Shown piece after piece: positions 1 through 13,200 of a stretch of 64,000 nucleotides of DNA (the stretch's first letter is position 1; every line of letters begins with the position of its first letter). The stretch lies in assembly GCA_002633005.1 (NCBI GenBank), contig NMRA01000238.1, positions 248,001-312,000 of the forward strand. Reading direction: 5' to 3'. The DNA is from Phoronis australis (Eukaryota; Animalia; Phoronida). Under the pieces are notes generated by a model that was given only the letters and a program-made list of their open reading frames with translations, was not told where the DNA came from and did no database searches. A program made the position numbers and the translations under genes.

Positions 1-1073
1 ATATGACTATTTAATGATACTTCTAGTACCCACGTAACTTTAAGAAGCCAAATGTATCACAGAGGTTATTAGCCTGTTGCTTCAGTTACTTGCTGACATT
101 GTTTATATAATATTCAGGTATTTTCCATCAGTTACCAACATGCCTTAGTCTGAAACCAGGGATCACTCTCTCCGAACTCGAACACAGTATTCGAAACTGG
201 TTTTCATGTGTTCCGCTCTACTTTTGTGCGAACTCCGGATAAGTGTCGATTATTCTGTACCCGTGTTTATTACGGTTTACGCAGATGAGAAACACACTGT
301 TTTGAGATCGAAATTTTTGTTTTGTTTGTTAGAAAATCACCATGTGTGGATATTTTTTTACCGACTTAAATTTTCAATGGCAAACAAGCTAGGCCGGTGC
401 CGTTTCGTTACGAAGTGCGTTGTCGGTAGCCGTGGCAACATACGGGTGCTTTGCAACAGTTTCACAATTTATTTCTCTCATTAATTAGCCGAATGCCTGG
501 GTCCTAATGTTGAAATTTGATGTACTTTGGCTGTGAGTCAGGGCACTTAGTGCTGGCTCCGGCCGGTGCGACAAGCAAGTTAGTACAAAATGAACTACAC
601 AAAATAACTTACAATAATTTTGCACTCAGGTGGTATCAAAACATTTTCAAGGACAACATGGCTGGCATTCAGGAATAGTTCATGAACTAGAAGGAAGTCA
701 GCTCACAGACATAAACGGGGATAGGCGATGAGCTTCTGATTTCGGCTGAGGTACAAATTTTGTTCAAATGGCTTGTAACTTGATAACAAAAAAAGGGAAC
801 GTTACACCATGTTACATAATTTGATATATATTTTCAAGTGTTTGAACTCTTGAGGAGTATCACCTATTTTTCATCTCATATAAATTTCATGGGCCAGTGA
901 GACTAGTAAACAACTTTCAAGAAATGTGTTGTCAGTCGCACCAGGGTGATGAGAGGAAACCATGTTGGACAGTGAAAAGCTGATACATTCTGAATTCGAC
1001 TTTTAGCAACACTAATGCTTGAAGTTCTAAATCTGATAAAGGAGACATCACTAGTTGTGATGTTAGAACTCAC

Positions 1074-1233
1074 TGCCTCTGATCCGCAGTCACATTGTTC
1101 CCCGGCTTCCTTAATACCATTGCCACACACGGGGTCGGTGTAGGAAGAGGTTGGTTTATTGTTTAAGCACCCCATCTTGTTCTTTTTCATGTCATCGACA
1201 TTGCATTGGGTGAAAGACCTTGGATCAGAGGTA
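1074..1233 (-). CDS. ADAM coding exon 12: end of metalloprotease domain, start of disintegrin ([10 protein letters not shown]...[20 protein letters not shown])
   Basis: tttcag acceptor and gtgag donor on the minus strand; canonical CGNG..E.GE.CDCG disintegrin start. Confidence 0.95.
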
Positions 1234-4200
1234 CTGAAATAAAGATAATATGAAGCACATTTATAAAGTTGCGACTTTCTAAATGTGTGAAAACATGTAA
1301 TGCATCTCATGCGCGCACCCAGCCTAAAAAGTGGGAGGCTCGATTTTTTTAGAATGAGGACCATTTACTAAGTTTCATAGGGTACTTTCAGAGCTATGAA
1401 TTGTACATTCGCCGAATTCTGGCAGTGCCTGCCTTTTTAGTCGACTTTTGTCTCAATTCCTATTTTTTTCGCAGTTTTTGTTTCCCTGAGGTGGAATTTT
1501 TTGCCCACTTCGCCAAATGGGGGGATTCCCCGAACCCCCTCCCCATGGGTGCACACATGCATCTATCGTTGGAATAACACTTGCGGCGAGAAAGCGTTCA
1601 TAAGTGTTTTTTGAATCCATGAAGGTTCAAATAAAAAGCCAGCGTATGTTTCTGTGACGATGGCCAAACAGATATGTAGTTTAATCTACGGATGATTTAA
1701 ATAGGGTCTACCCAAAGTGTGGTTGCACTTGCTTACAGAGACACAAATATCAACGAAATCAAACAAGTAGGAAACAAGTTTGGAATAATTTATCTCTGGC
1801 TGCAGGTACTCCCTATGATCTCCACTTATGTCAAAAATTAAAAAACTGTAATTTCAGACTCGAACTATTCTTCTGAAAAACACAAAATGACGAAAGACTC
1901 GTAATTATATTACAACTTACCAGTGTCATTTTATTTAATCGTGTAACTAGTTTTTTCCAATTAATTGTTTTGGAATCGGTATTTATAGCACAATATTAGC
2001 CTCGAATGGCAGATACAACCGTGTAATAACCAATAAAGTTATCTCACTAGTGAGATAACAATTTGGCGGGAAACCGAGGACGGACTCGAATCCGGAATTG
2101 CTGTTCGCCGACTTTACCACAACACCATGCAGCAACTGACGTCATCAAGAGTGAAAATAGAATACTTAAATGAGCACGTGCAATAATCCCATGTTCAACA
2201 AACCGCATTGTACTGTACTTATACGCTACGAAAAATAAGACACATAATTTCCATAAAAATGATTCCTTAATTCAGTGAAATTTTTCTCGCATGTCCTCTT
2301 ACTTGTAAATCACCGATCTCCAGTTTGAATGCGGGTATCGTGTCGTCAGGATCTTTGACTTGAGAATTATATTCAGTTACCAGTGGTAACATAATTTAGC
2401 AGATGATAATTTCCCGGTCGAAGCTTAGCGTGAAAAAAACGTGTTTTAAGCTATAATAGTTGGTAAACCTTAATTTATAAATTCAATATATTTCTATTAT
2501 ATTTAAGTTTTCAATTGGTTTTGAGTAAAAGCATTATTTGACAAAAATAGCCCAGTTTTTCTTAAAAGGTCACGACATCCGACCCCGGGCCTCTGACATA
2601 GAAAGTAGTTACAAAGCCGTGGAGAGTCAGAAAAGGTAAATCGATTCATTGCAATGTTTCTCGTTTAGTATGTGGTAACGCCCCTCGGGCGATAATTCTC
2701 CAAAATCCACTCGGGATCTAGATAACGGGGGATAACGACTTCGACATGTAATAATCTATATTTATAATCGTTTTTGTTTCAGTTTAGGAAATGTAATGCA
2801 TTGACTGTGGCGTGCGTGTAAAATGAACAACAAAAAATCACGACAAAGTAACTTACTTGGCAATATTTTATGTCGCCAAGTAACAATGCAAGATTAACCA
2901 CTGAGAAATATGTGGGTCCCAACAAAATGGTCACGCTAGTTGTGATGTGGGATGTGCACACGCACCTCACTTTCACTAAGTGACTGTTAAACATCTCAGA
3001 ACGCGTCATCTGTTGTTCTGCGAGAGTCCAGTAACAAGCAGAGACAAAAATGTCACTGTTACATGTACGTTGTGAGTCGAAAATTCTTTCAATTCCAGTT
3101 AAATGATGTTCATTGGCACTATAAACATCATTTAGAACAAGTTTTATTGGAATGTGTTTGTGTGTCCTGTTGACTTACCCAACGGCAGCCATGATACAGC
3201 CTCCATTCCACGAGCACGTAGCGCATGCGCGACCGTCATCGTGCATCATGCCGAGGTTGTGACCCATTTCGTGCGCCATTGTTTGAGCAAGAGCAATTGT
3301 AGTAGCTTCGTTCTGTAGAAATACATCAAATTAGTTGACCAGGAAAGCGCGTGTCGAGTGCGACAACACACGTCACAACAACCCCAAGCACAAATAAACC
3401 ACTATGATATTTAAGTTACGAATAAGAACTTCTGTTCTAATAAAATCGGCCTCTTAACACCCAAAAAACAAGTAAACGGCAGGTATACCTTGGAGTCTTA
3501 CCTCGTTAATACCACAACTCAAAGCTCCGCACATTGAATCCATGTAGCCTAGTCCAACAACACCCCCAGTCAAGTCAATTCCTCTGAAATTAAAATTATT
3601 CTTAACGTTTTTCACAACACAACACCTTTTTGCTTGCGTGAAATTCCATTATGGTCCTTCAAAGAGATGGCGGACGTCAAAACGTACTCGAAAATGATCA
3701 CTAGGAGCTAGGCACACAATACAACAAATCTGTCCGAAACTAGAAAAGTCGCCATCATCTCAGTCGATAGAGGATTACATGCCAAATTTAATAATATTTC
3801 GTCAGGTAATCGATAGATACAGGGCAAACATAAATAAGAGCATCGCAAACAGTATGCTACTAGGAATGTTTATTGACATAAAATGGTCAACAGATGTCCC
3901 AGAATATGTTGAACCTGTTCAAAAACGGGAAAACCTCGTTGTCTTACCTTCAGAAATACATTCGCAAAATTTCAGGAAACTCTCTGTAGGAACGTCGATA
4001 TAACAGAGGCAAACGTAAAAAAGCATTGCTACCATGAGGCACAGAAGAAGTCGAATATGTCCGAAAGGCATTAACATCTCAGTACTATCACATTCATGTG
4101 AATGCAGTTATTTCATAGAGAGCCTGTAAGGGTTTCAGGGTGTAACAAATTGCACAGTGGTCGGAATTGTCCGAAAATCAACGTCAGTCGTTCTGTTGTC

Positions 4201-7200
4201 AGTAGGAAAACACATCTGCTAATTTTCTGTGATTCTTTTGGCGGACAGAGAGACTGACGCCAAAATAAAAAGGGCCACTATGTGGCGCACAGTACGTCTA
4301 ATCCGCCCGAAACTAGAGGACTGTTGTCGTCTACTTAAGAGAAACCTGTTTGCTAAAATTTCTTGAACGTCTGTAAAGGAGCTAAGACAATACAGAGGAA
4401 AACATAAAAATAAAATTGCCTCTTCGGAAACCAGCGGCTCGCCGATTGTACGAAAGTCGTAGTCATCTGTTGTCATATTCATAACAAAACACGAAAAAAT
4501 TCACAAATATCCCAAGAGGTGCTAAAAAGATGCTGCTGCGGACGCAAAAACAAAACTGCCACAAGGGGGCACAACATTAGTCAGACCCGTCTGAAAATTA
4601 ACGTCAGACTCAACAGGAAAACATCTACTAATTTTCACAACGAGCGGTTTGGAACTAGGTGCCGAACAATACGTCGAATGCATCCGATACTAAGAAGATG
4701 TCGTCTTCTCCTCAACGGAAACCTTTTCGTCAAATTTCTTGAAAATCTGTCAAGGATCTCGGAAGATACAAAAGGGAAACGTAAAAACAAGTAAACTTGC
4801 CAGTTGGGGCATAGCGGTAGTCAGATCCGTACGAAACCATGTATTACAAGCAACCCCACATTGCTTTTAAGGTGAGAATCTCGGGATTACTGAACGCAAC
4901 CTTCGGCTGCATTCCGTACAAGAGTGCAACAAAAGCGATTTCATGCAAGTCTTCGTGAGATATAGTCATGCATTGCTAGTAATTTACGTTATCATGCAAG
5001 CTTTTGCTTGCGAGTGTCTTGCCTCTACGGATAACAACGGTGGCATCATTGAATACGTTTCCTGAAAAGCTGATACAACTGGATGCGAAAAATAATTTCA
5101 ATGATTTCTATGAAAGTACTTGACAACTCTCAAATTTCAATTACTCGATGTCTTGGTGAGGATTGACTGCCGCAACGTCTAAGTGTCCACCAGAATAAGT
5201 GACGAAGAGCAGACTGGTATACTCACGTGACGAGCTGGGCGACATCATAGTTGATGGTGTCGGCTAGAATGTACTTCTCTTTATACTTCTGGAAATTTTC
5301 CAGTGTTTTGGATTCGTCTGTCAATATTGTAATTTTGTCATTCTGTGACCAATTTTCAACGCCAGTCAGCACAACCCGTATGTTCAGTCCCTTATAAAAC
5401 TGAAAAAGAATGATCCGTTGAATTTCACTATCATTTGTAAACAGTAATGCTTTTAAATTGGTTTTAGTTTCAAAGATTTCCAAACAAAATACCTCCAGGT
5501 TAGTCTCAGTGAAATGACTACTGTATGCCTATTAGTGAAAACAGTTTATTTTAAATATGTCAGTGAATAACCGGGCCAGTTCATTGCACTATCATGATAA
5601 ATGTATGTTTAACTAATATTTTTTTACGTAGGCGCATTATTAGCATCGGTTGCAGTGACATGTAAATGTTGAAAACATTAAAGTGCTTAATATCACCAAT
5701 TTCATATCAAAAAAAAAAACAAAAAAACAACCTCACCTGTCCATCATTTGTCAAATTAGAACACTCGCAAACACTATCTGGCGATATGATCTCGAGTTAC
5801 GAGCATTTATTGGTCGATACATCCTATGCAGAATTAGGACAACCAATCACAGCATTAGTCATCCTCCATGGTTGTGTTTAGAGTAAAAAGTCGTCAGACA
5901 TTGCTGCTCGTTTTCCCGAGGTTTATAGTATAATAAAGAATGGCGAGACACTGGATTTGTGGTGGTTTTGACAAATCAGTATTTGACCAAGCTGTGACCG
6001 TTTTCATTTTCGGGTGGGACATCATGCGACCAAATGTCTGTCTTAGGTCTTAAGTAATTTTTAATGAAACAGACGCTGAGTGAGCAACGCAAAAGGGCCG
6101 TAGAATAAAGCCATTACTTTAGTTGCTTCAACTGTTACGGCAAATGTGCTAACTTGTGTCATTTCCCGAACAATTAAACTTACTATGAGCCTAAAATCTA
6201 CACAGATTTAACGCATTTTACGATAAATCGGCAATTGAAACTCGCGTTGCGCAAAATACATGTGGACAGCTGTCTCCGCGCTGTGAATGGCCGCGTAAAC
6301 CGGGCCAACGCGAAAATGAAAGCAAAATGCTACCTCATTAGTGTTGGCGTTCGCGTTTGAACGTGTAGCAAAACATTCTAACTCTTCGGGTTATTGCACG
6401 GTCACGTGACTAGGTTACTGCATTATTTTTCAAGACAGAATTCTTGACAGGAAGTCCTATCCAGAACACCTCCGGAATTTTCAGGGCCACAAATTATCCT
6501 TCGGAAGTGCTTCATATCTGCGCATGTGTAAACACCAATCACTACAGTAAAGGAATATTTCAAAGACGACTACTAAAATACTCGAGGTGTTCCAAATAGG
6601 AACCCCCATCACGTGGTAAGTTTTCTACCTTGCTAGTGCTCCGAATAAAAGTATGCAGTGAGAACTCAAATGTTTAGCTAGGAGAGCGAATAGAACCAAT
6701 GGTACGCTTTTTCGTCAAAACGTGCTGAAATAAAGCCTAGTACTTTTTCTCACAAAGTCTATTTTTTGTTCGACATTCGCAGGCACTGTTTGTGCTGGAA
6801 CACCCAATAAGCCCTAGAGATTTTAATTGCTGCTCACTAAGTAGGCCCGTGTGCCAGTATTCTGAAACTTGACGTTGTCAGTGAAAGCTTGTAAGACTAT
6901 TTTATTTTTATGAGAAAAAAGAGCTGGTGATTATGAACGTATTTTACCTCATCGATGGCATTAGCAACTTCAATAGATCTCTTGCGAATGTTTTCTAAGG
7001 TTGGGTTCGCCTGCCACTGAAAGATACAAAAACCATAAGTGAACATAAAGCATATGCATCCGTTTGTTAATTGGCAGTCACTTGTATTAAGGTGTTTTGA
7101 CTTTTGCTTGAAATCGCATATGAGGTATTCGTTATTGTACAGTATGTATCCATACCATTAGAGCAACGTAAAGCCTTGATATGCGCCTACACTACACCTG

Positions 7201-10200
7201 TATGTTTCAACGTAGGGGATGCCTCAGTCGCCGAAATTGCGCGATATTCTATTATTGCCCGCACAACGCCGCCAAATACCCTTATGAAAATTTTTATTGG
7301 AATACATTTTGATATATCATCCGGATACGCACTTCCTCCCAAAAGTACAGGAAAAACCCTTGTCGAGACAAAAACTGCAACTAAAGGGTGCCACAGAAAT
7401 CGACTGGCCTTCGCCCATTGTAGTAACATACTTCTGTGTCGAATTTCATTGATTTTCGTCGATTGGTTTCCAAGATGTCATCGGGAAACCCTTCTCCAAA
7501 CACGTTTGCTTCTTGTGGAGACCACACTGGCCACATGAAATTACTGCAGCAGTCAAACTGCCCGAAAATCAAGTGGTGCCGGAGCAATGTCGTACATACT
7601 TCCAAGTCACGTTCCATTGAAATCCGTCAATCGGTTCTCTCAATATCGTCCAGAAACTATCTTACCCACAAGTACTTGAAAAAGACTATTGTCGAGACTA
7701 AAACGGTCACTAGGGGTTGTTACAGTGGTTGCATGCATCACCATAGTGATGGCTTACACTTCTGCGTTAAATTTCATCAAGATCGGACCAGGAGTTATGA
7801 GAAATTGAATATCAACGCACAGGAACAAAATGGCCACTAAGAAAACGCCGTTCCTCCAAAAGCACTAAAAGTCCCTTGTCGAAACCGAAACGGCTACTGG
7901 GACTGTTCTGGAGTGCTCAAATCCACCAGAAAATTGACTGATTTCAGCACATTGTCATCACAATGGTTCTCAAAATGTCCTCCGGAAACGTTTTTCTCCC
8001 AAAAATAGAGATGAGAAAGGCCCTTCTAGATACCCAAACGGATACCACGCGGTGTTGCGATGGTCGAATTAACGAAAAGGGACTGGTGCAGGAGCATTGT
8101 CGTGACATACTTTAATCTCAAGTTGGATTGAAATCCGTCGATCGGTTATCTAGATATCGTCTGGAAACACCTTTCTCACAAAACACCGAAAAGTCTCGCT
8201 CCTCTGGCTCTATCTGGAGCAGATTGCAATGTGGCAAGCTGCAGTTAAACACTACCCTAAACACTTGTGTCAAATTTCATCAAGATCTGACCATGAAGTG
8301 TTGAACTACTGAACGGATGCCTGCGCCTGATAATGACACGATGCCACGACATACATATATGTAGGCGCATAAAAATCACGAAGTTGTACCGCGATGAAGC
8401 GCTTCTCTGCATCGTTAATATTAGTGCTATGTTCTGGTCGAAGTAGTGTGAGATGCAATTGTTTTCAGTACACCAGGTAAAAGCTAGTTATTCGCTCTTC
8501 TTAGAATCTATTCATTACTACGTCTTGTTCGTTATTAACTTGAGGTATAAATTTTATATCAGTACATGTTCACATACCGTTCTGTAGTCGTTGACGATAT
8601 AAAGTTCAATATAGCGAGTGTCGGTGTTCTGGTTGTACTTTGATATACTGCTTCGTATCTAAAAGAAAGGATAAACATACTTATGCTACACATATGTCCA
8701 GGAAAGGAATAACACGTTTTCCAAGCTCCGTTTACGGAGATAAAAAGCAAACATAACCAGAATAAAAGGTACAGACACTCAACAAGCAGGAAATGGAATC
8801 TCTGGAAAGTTGAACGGGTTCGTAAGAGGTTTTCGCTTAAATAGGTCAACTAGAATTGTTGTATAGTAAGCTGCAGCTAGGGCGGAAACCATGGCAACTT
8901 ATCTATCGAACTTCCGGACACACCTGTCTGAAAATTTTGTACCAAAGTTAAACCCAGCGTTTGACGGCGTGATTTGATCGATTGACTGATTACTTGTAAT
9001 GTGTAGTGATCATTTGCAAAACAGCTTATCAGAGCTCAGTCTTGTACTGAGACTCCTATTGAATACATAAACCATAAGTTCTTGGATATTTATGGAAATA
9101 AGTAGAATCTGTTTCTGTAGAATCATTCTACGTTGAGGATATTGATCTTATAGTCTATTGATTTGAAGGATAGATTTCGGTAATGCCGTTTTACCCATTT
9201 TAGGAACAAATAGAGTGTTTTGGAGACATGACTCAATGTTTGAAAGTTAGATTTTTCCCTCACCGTGAAATTTTTTGCCGTAATACAAGCCATTTTGCTA
9301 AACATCTTGGTAGCCTTTATAAAACAAAATTGGAACATTCCGTGGCCTTATACAAACAAATAGTGAAATATTGTACTGTCACTTTTACGATGACTTCGTA
9401 CACAAGAGAGCCCGTATTAAGATAGTAACAGAGTTGTTTGAAATTTAGATTAAATACAGGTGAACAAGTACAAGAACAACGGTTACCTTTCTCGATAAAA
9501 CTCTATTTCCCTCAGAGGAAGAAGGCCATACATGTTTTTGAGTAATGTCGTGGGTGTCTTTTATACCTGTGATGAATACACAAATATAAATTACGTAAAG
9601 TATGCTTTGCCGTCTATCCTGACGACACTTCTAATCTGATCGGCCAAGGATTATACGACCGATAAACAAGAAAACCAGTGGTATACTGTACAGGCCACCC
9701 GACAATCAGGGCAAATAGGACAAAATGAATGTATGTCTGAAAAAATTTTGACAGAGTCTCCAAGTTATCGGTACTATACATGCCAGAGTCAAATTTGATC
9801 AAAAATACAGGAGCTAGGTCGATGGCAGCCATTACCACATGCAGTCGTGGCATTGACTGAGGCAGGTACTTGAGTAATGAATTAGAGAATTACATAGACA
9901 AACAACACTAGTCAGTTGGATAACACACATTCAACTCATCACAGGTCTGAGCTGAGTTTCTTAGACTCAAGAGTTTCGCTAAGGAAGCTAGGCTAAGCGT
10001 ACTCATGTATTTCACTTGTAATATCTATTCACTATTAACGAAAAGTCGCCATTATCCTTGAAAACGAGATTTTGTGTCCTGCAAGCTACAATGGTTCTGC
10101 ATGTTTGGAACACGCGCGCTTTCACAATTGCGTTGCTAAATATGGTGCTAAAACAATGCACAACAACCATTTTTGAAGAGCCCCCAAAGTGTAAAAGTAG

Positions 10201-13200
10201 TGAATAGAATGCACATTTGGGTCGAGTTGAATAACGCTAGTACCTCCCTAGAAAAGCAAGATATCGCGAGATTATATGTTGTCGTATATTTGCGATGAAA
10301 GTTCGTGACTTTGGCTAGATTTTTCTCGCCGCGAGACAACTATTGAACTCTACCCTAGTATTGAAGTGCCTAGCGCAATGCTAAACTGTTCTCAGCATCC
10401 CTGGTGGTTTCACAGCAGCCAGCAGCTGTCAGTGAACCAAGCCCAAGAAACGAATGAACAGCAACAACTGGGCACAAGACATGGATGAATATGTACACAC
10501 TTACATCACAAAAATCGCATAAAAGGATTTCATTTTTGTTAGAAAACGCTAATTTCGAAATTGTTCGAGGTATCGACAAAGTACAGGTATGAACAAAAAT
10601 TGGTCAAATTAAAGTAACTATAGCGATGACAAGGTTAATTCAGACAGACACCACACGTGAAAAGACGGTGCATGTATTGTTTAGACACTTGATTTACCAG
10701 CCAATACTGAGCTGTTCAAAGATTAGCTTGTCTACTACTTATTTATTCGCATTATGTTAAAATTTCGCCTTGCACAAGATTACACTAAACATTGAGTTAA
10801 AAATCCACTCTGTATATTTTTTGATACATCTTTGCACGTCTATTTCTATAGTAGCACTTTCGCCATATTGACTTGGTGGCCGTGAGGGACCTCGAAATGG
10901 CACTTGGGGTGTGCGTGGCGTAAATGCGTTTGGCGGAACCATCCATTGTGAGGAGGCAGTGTGGCCTAGTGTGATAAGTGTCCATTTTCTTTACTTGAGG
11001 TCTTGTGTTCGAGTCCTACTGATTCACGCTGCTAAGCCCTTGAGTCATATTTTTCGCTCCTCAGCTTTGGTTTTAATTAAATATTAATAAAGCATAAAAA
11101 TGGTTCCAGGTGATCAGTACAATGGGCCCACATGCGCGGCCTGTGCACGCCTGGTGCAACGTGTATCAGACCGCCTGCACTATTTTCTATACAACCATCC
11201 ATTGTTAAAACGTTGCACAGTGTTATCAACACGAAGTTTGTAAAATACATACCGCAGGTCCTCTGCGTCTTGTTTATGACGTCACTTTCTTTGTAAACTA
11301 CATGTAAGTGGTTCTCTATCCCATCATCGTCTGCCATTTTAGTGTATGGTGTGATATGGAAAGTCTCTTGTTGAGCGCTAAACATGCCACTGGGATTGGG
11401 AAAATGTAAAAAAATAGGATTGTATTTGTTTATAAATGAACTATGATTAAAATAGGAAGTCTTGCTTTAAAGCAAGAAACAATTGACTGTCCCGGACTGA
11501 ACTCTCCGGAGGTAGAAAAGTGCGCTGCATGATTGCCTTACTTTTCAAAATATCAGGGCGGCGCTCCTGAGTTGGTTAACAATTGAATTGCCTCCAGTAC
11601 TGATGTTTAGCATTTTGCCTATTTCTCAGTCTCAGCATGGTGAATTGCATAATAATTAAGATATGAGATGGTGTCTAGTATATTTGCATGAGGAGAAGCA
11701 GGACAAGTGATTGACACCTGTGCTGCATTGTGGATGAATCTTTTAGAATTAGTGCGATGCTGTCGTATTTCAGGACAGGCCTATAATAATTGGTTTGCTG
11801 CGCCAGGTCTAACGTGGGTTCATAAAGTTTAGTCATGTAAAATTAGGAACGCTAACTAAACTTGTTAATAAAATCTAAAAGACACCCACGCCATAAACAG
11901 TTAACAAAAACCAACCGTCCATATTCTAATATTTATCAAACTGGCTACAATTTTAACAGCACTGAAGACTGGCTGGTCTGCTACTCCGTTCAATTGCTGT
12001 TCTACACACGCAAGCAGTGGCTTGAGTGGGAAAAATATCGAGTCACGTTCAAACTGCTAGTCAACCTGATTTTCATTATTTTTAAGGCTAACAGTGTTTT
12101 AGATAATTTCCAATTAGAAACTCCCGTTTGTGATTGAGAAAAACGACGAGAGAACTTCTACCGACGAGTTGCCATCTGGTCTCTTTGCAAAGCGATCAGC
12201 TACTTCAAATTAAAATAAAACAGTGGAAATCTACCGGAAATATATCGGTAATCACATAGTTAAAGTTTTCTTTCTGTTCACAAGAGGACACTGCGAAGGG
12301 AATTTACAGCAGCCTGGTCCCCAAGCCTCAAGATGGCGCTGATCGGTTTGGCCGTTTGAGGCTCGATAAGGAGACTCGCTGGTTCGCTAGGTGGTCAGTA
12401 GCCAGCACGGGTTAGGCACGTAGGGAACCAGCGAGGATGAGGGGACATGTCGTGTGCGCGCTGATTGGCCGCAGACGACGTTCAGTGCTAACAAGAGCGA
12501 CACAAAAAACCTTCAAAAACTTGAATCTCTGATATTTAAATAGCAGTTCTGGGACATTCTTGTCCTTACTTCTTTGATGTGATCATATTAATTATCTTTT
12601 CCAGACACGAAGATTTTGACTATTTATTGTTGGCACATTCTTTGTTGCTGCCCGGAAGCAGAAGACCCTGTTTTCGTTAGTGTTTGGAATAAAAGGTGCT
12701 CGTGTTCTTATTGCCAATTCTGTTTTATGGAACTCAACTCTGATTTATACACGTCTCCAAATTTATCATAGGTGACAGCAGATATTTACGAGCCGTCTCA
12801 AAATGCACATAAAAACACCAAACAGCATCGCTGGTAAGTACGTTTTGTGGTAGATGAAATCCCCCGAATTGGTGGTTCTTTCGAAACATCTTACCTGAGT
12901 CCATTGCACGTACTCAGGACAACACTGGACACGTCATGACCACGAACCTTTCCATGATAAAAACAATGTTCAGGTTTGACCTGTTAATAGAATCAGTGCT
13001 TATCAAAACATGACAGGCAACTTGTGTTTAGGAGGTGAAACTAATCTCGGCATTCGAAAACAGAGCATTAACAACATTTGTAATCACAAAAGTCATTATT
13101 TTCAAAAACACTCACTGGCAAACAGAAATTTACTAGATACTTCAGCATTGCTTTGTTAACCCTTCAAAGAGTTGGATATTTTACCTGATTTCGAATAGTG

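Noticed and set aside
612-680. Minus-strand ECQPCC resembling the next disintegrin exon of ADAM
   Set aside because: An in-frame stop follows almost immediately and there is no suitable acceptor; the next exon is presumably outside the window.
7104-7840. 144-aa and 134-aa ORFs
   Set aside because: They lie within the internally repetitive non-autonomous element and show no protein motifs.
10950-11025. tRNA gene candidate (also the 31575-31644 region)
   Set aside because: A and B boxes are present, but there is no convincing cloverleaf, and a shared downstream body with TSDs marks them as SINE heads.
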